Virus record (IMG/VR): IMGVR_UViG_3300027749_000063 | Coordinates: 35,220-99,219 of that record | Length of the DNA stretch: 64,000 bases | Strand: one strand, 5' to 3' | DNA from: a virus | Part shown: positions 1-8,500 of the stretch, piece by piece | Numbering within the stretch: position 1 is the first letter of the stretch | How the letters are laid out: each line of letters begins with the position of its first letter | The notes under the pieces: generated by a model | Told to the model about the DNA's origin: nothing | What the model saw: the letters and a program-made list of their open reading frames with translations, nothing else | Database searches by the model: none | Program-made: the position numbers and the translations under genes

Positions 1-1
1 T

Positions 2-292
2 GTTACTCAAGCTTCAAGTCGTTCTACTGCTGTTACTTTGAATGCACCTGCTGGAGTTATCACTACTGATACTACCAACATTGCAATTGCAGGTAATGCT
101 GTATTCACTGTAAACAACTCTTATGTAAAAGCAGATTCAGTTATCTTGTTGACTATCAACACTACTGGATTGGCTGCTTACTCTATCCACTTGGCTGTGG
201 AGAGTGTTGCTGCAGGCTCATTTGCTGTTCGCATCTACAATGCTACTGGTGCAACTTTGTCAGCAATTAAAATTAATTACGCAATCCTTTAA
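2..292 (+). CDS. 5'-truncated virion structural protein (head/collar decoration-like)
   Basis: The frame is open from position 2 (VTQASSRSTAVTLNAPAGVITT...), so the TTG at 38 is internal. Small-residue, beta-rich composition; followed by a terminator. Confidence 0.55.
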   Translation, partial: VTQASSRSTAVTLNAPAGVITTDTTNIAIAGNAVFTVNNSYVKADSVILLTINTTGLAAYSIHLAVESVAAGSFAVRIYNATGATLSAIKINYAIL

Positions 293-298
293 TTAAAT

Positions 299-323
299 AG
301 GGGAGGTAATACTCCCCTTTTTT
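299..323 (+). terminator. Intrinsic terminator
   Basis: AGGGGAG-gtaata-CTCCCCT hairpin followed by a T-run. Confidence 0.8.
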
Positions 324-328
324 AAACC

Positions 329-835
329 ATGAATGTACAACTAAACATAGAAGCATTAAAAGCCAAAGACTGCGCTTTCTTATCTATCTTGGATAACTCT
401 TTATATCCAGTAGCTCCAACTAGTGCAGAAATCAATATCACTCTACCAGGGTTTTCGGATCCATATAATTTTGACTTTATCTTAGGCGAAGTAAATACAT
501 TTACCGCTTATTCTTTTGGTCTTACAGTAGAGGGAACAGATAGCTTTACTCCACTTCCTGATGGTGTGTACAGATTAGAATTTGCTCCCTGCCCTAACGT
601 AGGAGTAGCTAACAGGTACCATTTGCGTACTTGTAAAATTGATTGTCGTCTTGGAGTTCAGTGGGCTAAATATGTAGACTGCTGTGATGATGAGAAGATG
701 TTATATTACTTAGACAAAATTGAGTTTTTGCTAAAGGGAGCTGAGGCACATGCTGATCTTTGCAACCCTGCAAAAGCTACTGAATTATATATAAAAGCCG
801 ATGACCTACTCAGAAGAATTGAGCTTGACTGTTAA
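329..835 (+). CDS. Cys-rich virion structural protein (tail/collar, Ig-like N-terminus)
   Basis: LPDGVY beta-sandwich-type motif, helical Cys-rich C-terminus, located in the structural module. Confidence 0.5.
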   Translation: MNVQLNIEALKAKDCAFLSILDNSLYPVAPTSAEINITLPGFSDPYNFDFILGEVNTFTAYSFGLTVEGTDSFTPLPDGVYRLEFAPCPNVGVANRYHLRTCKIDCRLGVQWAKYVDCCDDEKMLYYLDKIEFLLKGAEAHADLCNPAKATELYIKADDLLRRIELDC

Positions 836-989
836 GAAGAAACTAGCTATGGCTGCCTACAAGGAACTACAGCATATCAAGTACTTAACAAAACCCTATT
901 ACAAAAAGTCTAGAGCATTAGCACGCTTTCTTAAGTATGCTGATTGTTTAGACTGCGATACACGTGCAACCCTAAAAATTAAATTGTAA
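801..989 (+). CDS. Small hypothetical protein with CxxC (start uncertain)
   Basis: Fills the gap between 835 and 1016; CLDC motif; an alternative ATG lies at 849. Confidence 0.5.
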   Translation: MTYSEELSLTVKKKLAMAAYKELQHIKYLTKPYYKKSRALARFLKYADCLDCDTRATLKIKL

Positions 990-1009
990 TTAAATTGTAA
1001 TTAAATTGT
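977..1009 (+). repeat. Tandem repeat (AATTAAATTGT)x3
   Basis: Three exact 11-nt units ending 6 nt before the ATG at 1016. Confidence 0.9.
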
Positions 1010-1015
1010 AAGAAA

Positions 1016-1540
1016 ATGACTAAATGCTGCCCTACCAATAATTGTGTTGAGATCGTTCCTTCTGGGTGCGTCAAATACACTGGTACTCCTACAGTAGGAG
1101 GACTTATAGATTCTTTTGATTCTTGTGATCCTTACCTAAATGACTTGCTTAAGTTATTAGATGATAAGGTAGTTAACTTAGATGCTCGTGTAGGATTAAA
1201 TAAAACTGCATTTGACAATGCTAATACAGCATGTGGACTTACTTCGGTAATCTCTACAACAGGTCTTACAGTTACAGATGATAAATATTACTCTTCTGAG
1301 GTTGTACTTAAACTTGTAGGAGTTATCTGCGAATTGCGTTCTCGCATGAACTACTTGTCTTCTGGAAATATTAACTCCAATCTTGGAAATGTTTATTGGG
1401 AAGACTTAGCATTAAGTCCTGATTTTATACTTTACCTTAAAACTAAATGTTTAGGTGATGATCCTTGTGGTGGTGGATTACCTACTACACTTGGAGGATT
1501 GCTTAGAACTATTATTAACAAACTTTGTACTTGCTGCTAA
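1016..1540 (+). CDS. Cys-rich tail fibre-associated protein
   Basis: Begins MTKCC and ends KLCTCC; the CVKYTG motif is paralogous to CITYSG in the next ORF; coiled-coil-like segments. Confidence 0.55.
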   Translation: MTKCCPTNNCVEIVPSGCVKYTGTPTVGGLIDSFDSCDPYLNDLLKLLDDKVVNLDARVGLNKTAFDNANTACGLTSVISTTGLTVTDDKYYSSEVVLKLVGVICELRSRMNYLSSGNINSNLGNVYWEDLALSPDFILYLKTKCLGDDPCGGGLPTTLGGLLRTIINKLCTCC

Positions 1541-1543
1541 CCT

Positions 1544-3430
1544 ATGTCTACTTGTATTGATTGCTACGGAACTACTTCTATTGACCCTTGTGGAACTACA
1601 GGGTGTATCTCTACCAACTATGGTAAGTGTATAACCTATTCAGGTGCAGATCTTTTTTGTGCTACAGGTGCTGTTAAAACTTTTAGTGTAACTGGAGTAG
1701 CAGTAAACCCTACTGTACTTACTGAGTACACTGTATCTCCAACAGGAGGAGCAGGAAGTTCTTTAAGTGTTAAGGTAACTCGTACTCCAGGTTCTACTAC
1801 CTACACAGTGACTTTGGTTTCTGCAGGTTCAGGCTATGCTATTAATGACGTAGTAACTGTTGCAGGAGCTAGCTTAGGGGGAACTACTCCAGCTAATAAC
1901 TTATCTTTAGTTATTACCGCATTGGTTCCTTTAATCTCTTCAGTAAATACTATTGACGAAGTTATTGCTAATATTAACTCTAGACTATGTACTTTAACTT
2001 CTGTAGGATTAAACTACTCAGGATTTAACTATGCTTGTCTACGTGTAGGCGGTAACTTAAATAGTATAGGAACTTCTATTACAACTGCTCAACAGTTTGC
2101 TGAATCTACTTCTGCTGCTTTGTGTTCTTTGAATACTAGAACTCTTGCATTAGAAACTCCTACGTTTGTTGCTGCTTGTGTATCTGGGATTACTTCAGGT
2201 ACTTCTACTCTAAGTCAAATCTTGACTGCTTATGGAACTAAAATATGTTCTATTAACACAAGTGTAGATATGACTGGGGTTACAAACAATCCTTGTATCT
2301 CGTACTCATTTACTACTAAGCCTTCTACCACTGTAGTTTCAGATTATATTAACTGGGTCACAACTAACATGTGTGGCATGTTCCAGACTTTAAATACAAG
2401 TATTGTTACTGTAACTACTGCAGCAGCTGCTCTTAAGACTTATATCTCAGGGGGGTCTGCTGTTCCTGCATCTATTAATACTTCTTGTATTTCAGGAGGA
2501 TCTGCTACAAGCACTTTGAGTGCAGCAGCTATCTTGTTTACTAGTCAGATTTGTGCAATCAACACTACTTTAGCTTCTATCCCTGCTTCTAGTTATGCTC
2601 TAACTTGGGCTACAAACTTTGGATCAACTCCTTACTATGGTTATACTTTTGGTTTTACTAACAGTTCAGATACTTTAGCTAACCAGTTAGGTAAGATTGT
2701 TTCTACCTTAGGTAGATTAAAACTTAAGTTAAACTCTGGTGACTTTGTTGCTACTAGTGATTCAGATGGATTAAATGTAGCTTTGGCTTCAGGAGTAAGA
2801 TTTGCTTGTTCTCAATTGAGTACTTGTTCTATCTCTGCTTTATCTGATGTAACTACAAGTTCTCCTGCAACCTACCACACTTTGTTCTGGAATGGTTCTG
2901 AGTTTGTAAACAAAGAACTTATCTTTACTTCAACAGGAGGAACAGTAACAGTTACTCGTACTGATAACGTAGGTAATGTAACTATTAATTTAGAGTCTTC
3001 TGGATCAAGTGGAACAGCTACAGCTGCTACTTTGGTTGCAGGAACTTTGACCAATGCAGTAGTTGCTGCTTCGTTAAGATTCCCAAGTGGATCTTTACCT
3101 AGAGTATCTAAGTTTGGTAAAACAATAACAATTGTAGGAAGTTTGGCTGTTAATGCTACAGGTTCTTTTGCTTGGGCACATGGTCAATCTTTAATATTTG
3201 CAACAGTTCCTGCAGGATATCTTCCTTTATACCTTCCAGTATTTAACGTATTGATTCTTAAGTATACAACAACTTCAGGTACTAACTCGACTGTTGTATA
3301 TCAAGGAGTAGCATACATAAATAGTAGTGACTTAAGTATAGAGTTGAATAACCCAGCAAGTCCAATATCTTTATCTGTTGGAGAATCTCTTGAGATATTT
3401 ATCGGAGGAAATTCTTACGCAGCAATTTAA
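1544..3430 (+). CDS. Cys/Thr/Ser-rich tail fibre protein
   Basis: CITYSG N-terminus, an AGSGYAINDVVTV-type beta repeat, repeated helix+Cys units (LCTL, LCSL, ICSI, ICAI), ISALSDV fibre motif, C-terminal beta-sandwich (VPAGYLP). Confidence 0.65.
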   Translation: MSTCIDCYGTTSIDPCGTTGCISTNYGKCITYSGADLFCATGAVKTFSVTGVAVNPTVLTEYTVSPTGGAGSSLSVKVTRTPGSTTYTVTLVSAGSGYAINDVVTVAGASLGGTTPANNLSLVITALVPLISSVNTIDEVIANINSRLCTLTSVGLNYSGFNYACLRVGGNLNSIGTSITTAQQFAESTSAALCSLNTRTLALETPTFVAACVSGITSGTSTLSQILTAYGTKICSINTSVDMTGVTNNPCISYSFTTKPSTTVVSDYINWVTTNMCGMFQTLNTSIVTVTTAAAALKTYISGGSAVPASINTSCISGGSATSTLSAAAILFTSQICAINTTLASIPASSYALTWATNFGSTPYYGYTFGFTNSSDTLANQLGKIVSTLGRLKLKLNSGDFVATSDSDGLNVALASGVRFACSQLSTCSISALSDVTTSSPATYHTLFWNGSEFVNKELIFTSTGGTVTVTRTDNVGNVTINLESSGSSGTATAATLVAGTLTNAVVAASLRFPSGSLPRVSKFGKTITIVGSLAVNATGSFAWAHGQSLIFATVPAGYLPLYLPVFNVLILKYTTTSGTNSTVVYQGVAYINSSDLSIELNNPASPISLSVGESLEIFIGGNSYAAI

Positions 3431-3475
3431 TAAAAATCTTGGCAGGATTTTTTGGTTGGTTTTCCTGTCATCTTG

Positions 3476-3512
3476 CTAGTAGGAGCCTGCGAAAGTGGGC
3501 TCTTCTAGTTTT
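3476..3512 (+). terminator. Intrinsic terminator
   Basis: AGGAGCCTGC-GAAA-GTGGGCTCTT stem with a GNRA loop, extended by CTAG/CTAG, then TTTT. Confidence 0.75.
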
Positions 3513-3522
3513 AAAATAACCC

Positions 3523-3553
3523 TTGACTTAAACTTAAAATTAAATTATATTTG
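3523..3553 (+). promoter_or_regulatory. Bacteroidota primary-sigma promoter (-33 TTG / -7 TATATTTG)
   Basis: TTG at 3523, 20-nt spacer, TATATTTG at 3546-3553, directly after the terminator. Confidence 0.8.
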
Positions 3554-3589
3554 TAATGAACCTTAAATTAACCCAAACTATATCCTGAG

Positions 3590-4231
3590 ATGTACACAAA
3601 TTCAGAATTAATCGGTAGAGTTAAGAGTGCTAACAAGTTTGTTAGTGACGATGACTTAATAACTGATCGTTATATTTATGGTTTATTAAAAACAAAAGCA
3701 GCTACTTTACTACGTAGAGAGATCAATTTGAGAAGGTTGCTTACTTCAGATAATGTTTATCAATCGTATGAGTGTGTACACTTGATTGAAGCTAAGGGAT
3801 CGGAGTGTGATTTGAATTGTCCTATTCGTAGAACCAAATACAAACTACCAAACATAGATGAAGGTTTATATTCATATTTCATTCAGGGGGTATTCAATAC
3901 TTCGAACTCAGAAGAACTTTTCCCCACGACTATTAGAGATTACATCAATCATACCCGCTTACGTTTTAAGACCCCTAAAAAGTACTACACCATTCGTAAT
4001 GGATATTTGTATGTTTTAGACCCTGACGTAGAATGTGTTAATATGTACGCTTACTTCACCGAGTCTATAGAAGACTTAGATGGTACAGAATGCATGAGTA
4101 TGTATGATAAACAATTTAAGTTTCCAGGTTATCTAACAGACGCATTAATTGAAATATGTACTCAGTCATTGATGAACTATCAAAGAATCCCTCAAGATTT
4201 GGAAGATAACAACAGAGACGAACCCAACTAA
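3590..4231 (+). CDS. crAss-like tail ring/tubular (adaptor) protein
   Basis: Size, YYTIRNGYLYV motif, acidic ...DNNRD C-terminus and position before the IHF-like and stabilisation genes match crAss-like tail gene order. Confidence 0.6.
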   Translation: MYTNSELIGRVKSANKFVSDDDLITDRYIYGLLKTKAATLLRREINLRRLLTSDNVYQSYECVHLIEAKGSECDLNCPIRRTKYKLPNIDEGLYSYFIQGVFNTSNSEELFPTTIRDYINHTRLRFKTPKKYYTIRNGYLYVLDPDVECVNMYAYFTESIEDLDGTECMSMYDKQFKFPGYLTDALIEICTQSLMNYQRIPQDLEDNNRDEPN

Positions 4232-4233
4232 TT

Positions 4234-4725
4234 ATGTCGAAAGACTTCATAAGAAAAAACCAGCAACCCAAAGTAAGACAAAAAGAGAAAGACACAGCTT
4301 CAGATACGAACTATGTCTGTCTTGGTGCTTACGAAATGTTCTTAAGAGAAACCAAACGTAAAGATATCACCTACAGAGAATTCTGTGGCATTCCTAAAAG
4401 GATACACTTAAAACTTATGGAGAGATTGTTACGTGGTAGATATGCAATTAGATTTCCAAACTTAGGTTCCATTAAAGTTGTAAAGACAGAAAATGCAATT
4501 CCAAAAGGTAAACATACGATTATTAACTGGAAACTCTACCACGAAACTGGTGTCAAAGTGCCTTATAGAAACACACATACCAATGGTGCCGTCTATAAGT
4601 TTCACTTGTATCCTTACTATAAAAGGGTAGTACAGTTTGGCTTCTACGATTTAAGAGTGTCTAACAAACACAAAGCAGTACTAGCACAAGCTATAAGAGA
4701 AAACAAAATAGACATACAGTCTTAA
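4234..4725 (+). CDS. IHF/HU-like DNA-binding protein (crAss-type)
   Basis: AIRFPNLGSIKVVK resembles the HU/IHF beta-arm motif; basic; typical position in crAss-like tail modules. Confidence 0.6.
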   Translation: MSKDFIRKNQQPKVRQKEKDTASDTNYVCLGAYEMFLRETKRKDITYREFCGIPKRIHLKLMERLLRGRYAIRFPNLGSIKVVKTENAIPKGKHTIINWKLYHETGVKVPYRNTHTNGAVYKFHLYPYYKRVVQFGFYDLRVSNKHKAVLAQAIRENKIDIQS

Positions 4726-4736
4726 AATATAAAAAC

Positions 4737-5573
4737 ATGAATTACGATAACACTAACTTTATTTCATCTGAGCCCTTAATTGCGGAAGTAAAGCAAGAGT
4801 TAAAGTCGTACTTTGAGGCAGGTGCAATAAGTGAAGTGATGATTCCTACTTACATAGATCAATCACTTCGTAAGCTTAGAGTAATGGTCTTAAAACCAGA
4901 AGAATTGGTTTTGTCTTTTCACGATTACAAGTCAGAACTTCCTTGCGACTTTGGGCTACTAGACTACGCTATATACTATGACTCCGAGATTTTCTGGTCT
5001 CAAGGAGTTAACTCTGTTAGAGGTAGTTGGTATAAGTCTATTCAATGTACTAATGGTTGTACAGATTGCGGACTTAAAGAAGAGATGTATGAAACAGTAT
5101 CTGTTGCTACTCCTGGCTTTAAGATTACAATGAAACAACCTACTTGGATTAAGGTTTACTATGGATCTAAGGCTCTCTGTGTAGAGGACTGTCCTAACCT
5201 TAGTACTTCTTCAAATGATGTTATTCAAATTCATCCTAATAAGACTGTCACATCTACGTTTGAAACTGGTTGCATATACGTTAGATATTTCTCACGTCCA
5301 ATGGACGATGATAACCTACCTATGGTTCCAGAAATTCTTGAAGTTGAAGAGTATATCAAGTCTTATCTTAAGTTTAAGTTTTTTGAACAACTTTGGCATT
5401 CAGTAGTAGACGAGAGTCAACGTCAGGTAGAAGCTAAGTTTCAGTACTACAGACAAGATCAATTAAACAAGTTGCAAGCAGCTAACGGTTACTTGTTGAC
5501 TTATACCAAACAACAGATGGCAGATAACGTAGCTAAGATGCGTAATCGCTTTATTAGATTCCATATTCAATAA
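4737..5573 (+). CDS. crAss-like tail tubular/ring protein
   Basis: TFETGCIYVRY...DDDNLPMVP pattern; lies directly upstream of the stabilisation protein. Confidence 0.6.
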   Translation: MNYDNTNFISSEPLIAEVKQELKSYFEAGAISEVMIPTYIDQSLRKLRVMVLKPEELVLSFHDYKSELPCDFGLLDYAIYYDSEIFWSQGVNSVRGSWYKSIQCTNGCTDCGLKEEMYETVSVATPGFKITMKQPTWIKVYYGSKALCVEDCPNLSTSSNDVIQIHPNKTVTSTFETGCIYVRYFSRPMDDDNLPMVPEILEVEEYIKSYLKFKFFEQLWHSVVDESQRQVEAKFQYYRQDQLNKLQAANGYLLTYTKQQMADNVAKMRNRFIRFHIQ

Positions 5574-5578
5574 ACTTA

Positions 5579-8500
5579 ATGGAGAATAAAATTAATCAGA
5601 ACATTGCTGGGTTAAATTTAGATTCAGTTAACTACCAGATAAAGGAGAACATGATTACGTTTGCTTTAAACGCAAATGTTCAATCTCATGATGGTAACTC
5701 AACTACCTATACTAATGAGCCTTCCAATCAGATCTGTTATAATTTTATCAATTTATATCCTGGATTTAAAATTACAGGAACCTTAAGTATTACTGAGCAA
5801 TCTAAGTTAGTTGTTTTTTTAGCACACCCTGATGGACGTTCTCTTATTGGAGTAGTTACAGATTTAAGAAAAGACTGTACTAGTTTGGTAGAAAGTGAAA
5901 CAGACTGTGGTTGTGTATCAGGTACTGCACTATCTAGTACGGTAGACTTAGCTGAGGGTTGTTGTACTTTTACTCCTTTAGTTGTAGACAACTGTTGTGA
6001 TTGTTCTGACTGTTACGAATACTCAGTAGAAAGCATTTCTAAATCTCCTTACATAGTAAATTATATAGACTGTTCTGGATTAGAAACTAATATTACTTTT
6101 CCTGCAGGACAGGTAGGAGTATTTAGAGCTAGAAAAGATAAGTACACATTAACTTCAGATACAAGTATTGTTTCAGAACGTTTTATATCTCAGGGAATCT
6201 GCGTACCTAAGTCTAGTAAGTGTTGTTTAGGTTTGAGTCCGGACTATCCTGTATACTCTGAATATCGTATAGATAATTGTAATACTAAAATATATTTTAT
6301 TGCTAAGAACATTACTCCTAGATTCTTCTCTTTAGAGGAACCTTATGGTAAAGATCAATGTGGAATATTGTCTGATTGTCTTTCTGATTCTTGTGAGAGA
6401 CTAAAATTGTTTCCTGACTTCTGTCAAGCAGACATATATCCTACCTCAATTAACTCAGGTGGATCATTAAAGGGAGGAGTTTATTCCTTCTCTATTGCTT
6501 ATGCAGATGAGAAAGGAAAAGAACTTACTGACTATGTAGATTTTTGTAATCCTATTCCAATTTTTGAGAGGTACATTACAGAACAAACTGAGTATGTAAC
6601 TTCTAAATCTATTAGAGTTGCTATAGAACACAGTACTGCTATCTTTAATTACTTTAACTTAGTAGTAGCTGAAAACATAAATGAAGTAACTACATACCAA
6701 CTAGTAGGTACTTACAGAGTTAATCAGACTACTAACAAAGATTCTTTAATCTATACAGGAGAATACACTTCTACATTCTCTTCTATTGTTCCTCTTATTC
6801 GTACTCCTCATTATACTAGTGCAGGAATTATTGATAAGCAAACTGACATGTTAATGTTAGCGGATTTAACAGAAACGCCTAAGTATAACTTTCAGTTACT
6901 TGCAAACAATATTAAGTTACGTTGGGAAACAGTGGAGATGCCTGCTGATCAAAAGTTTGATTACTCTAATCCAGAGATTGCTTATTTCTTCCGTACATAT
7001 CAAAGAGATGAAGTTTATCCATTTGGAATTAAGTTTAGATTAAAGAACGGAAAGTATACAGATGTATTCCATATTCCAGGAAGAGTTGCTTCTGGTTCTG
7101 ATACAGCTACCTTATCAAAAGGATCTAGTTTAGATGTATTTACTGTTGCAAACGATTGTACTGTAGAGAAAGATCTTCCTACTTGGAAAGTATATAACAC
7201 AGCTACTGCAGGTCTCACACCTCCTAGTAATGAACCTTCTATACAAGAAGCTCAGTACAGTTGTAAGATTACTGTAAAAGACTCAGGAGAGTTTGCTTAT
7301 TGGGAATCTACTGAGACTTATCCTTGTTACACAGAAGTATGGGGAGCATTAGCTGAACAACCTATAAGATTTCATAAGTTTCCTGAGAATGCAATTTCTC
7401 ACATACATGCAGACAGTAAAGATTTAATTTACCCTATTGGAGTACGTATCCTTGAGAGTTTGTTTGAAGCAGACTTAAATACATTTACAGTATACGATCC
7501 TTTAAACACTTATGGTAATAATCAGATTCCTGTTAAGGAACTTATCTGTGGCTACGAGTTAGTAAGAGGTAATCGTGTAAACAATAAATCAGTTATTGCT
7601 AAAGGTCTTATTTACGATGTCGGAACTTTTGAAGATGTTAAATCAGGTAAGAAGTTTTACTACCCTAACTATCCTTACAACGATATTAGGGAAGATGGTT
7701 ATATTAAATCTAACCCAGATTGGTACAATGCAGCAGATAGAGGAGAAAAGAATAATAGCATTCCAGGAATGAGTCTCCACAAAGGATTCAATACTATTGG
7801 ATCTCGTTATACATTCCACTCTCCTGATACACATTTCCAACTTCCTAAAATTGGTACAGAACTTAAAATAGAAACTTTAGAGTTTGGTAAAGTACAGGGA
7901 AAGTTTGTTCCTGTATTAGATCATCCTCAATATAAGTTTTTAACTAAAGCTGACTATGCTTTGTCTGCTGTTTTATCAAATGCACTTTCTTTAGCTTTTG
8001 AAAGCAAAGCTACGGTTGCTGACGCAGGAAGTATTATTAAGACAGATGCACTTTCAATTCTAACTAACAATCAAATATTTATAGATCTGATTGAGAGACT
8101 AATTCCTAATACAAACTTTGCTTATCAGTTTAACTCCGTAGGAAAGTATACAAGTTTTAGACCTATAACTACTAGAGGAAACAGAAGACGTTTCTTGGAT
8201 ATTGGACTTTATGCTAATGATAAGATAGTAGAGTTAAATGATGACAAACCTTTACATAATCGTCTAAGAGAAACTTCAGTTTATCTCAAGACTAGTGCTG
8301 GATTCTCTCAAGAGTTTACGTCTATCCAAGATAACACTCGTTACACAATAGGAGAAAAAGGATTAGAAGATAATCCAGAAAAAGTAACAGAAAGCGATAC
8401 AAGAGCTTACTACGCTTCTATTAAAAGAGAATTCCCAAATCAGTATGGACAGATAGAAAACATTAGATATATTTCTACAGGTTATATCTGTGATGTAACT

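Noticed and set aside
3436-3475. Hairpin GGCAGGA...TCCTGTC with a TGGTTGGTT loop (also at ~51039) as an ncRNA or vRNAP promoter
   Set aside because: Only a 9-nt match in different contexts; not enough to support a call.
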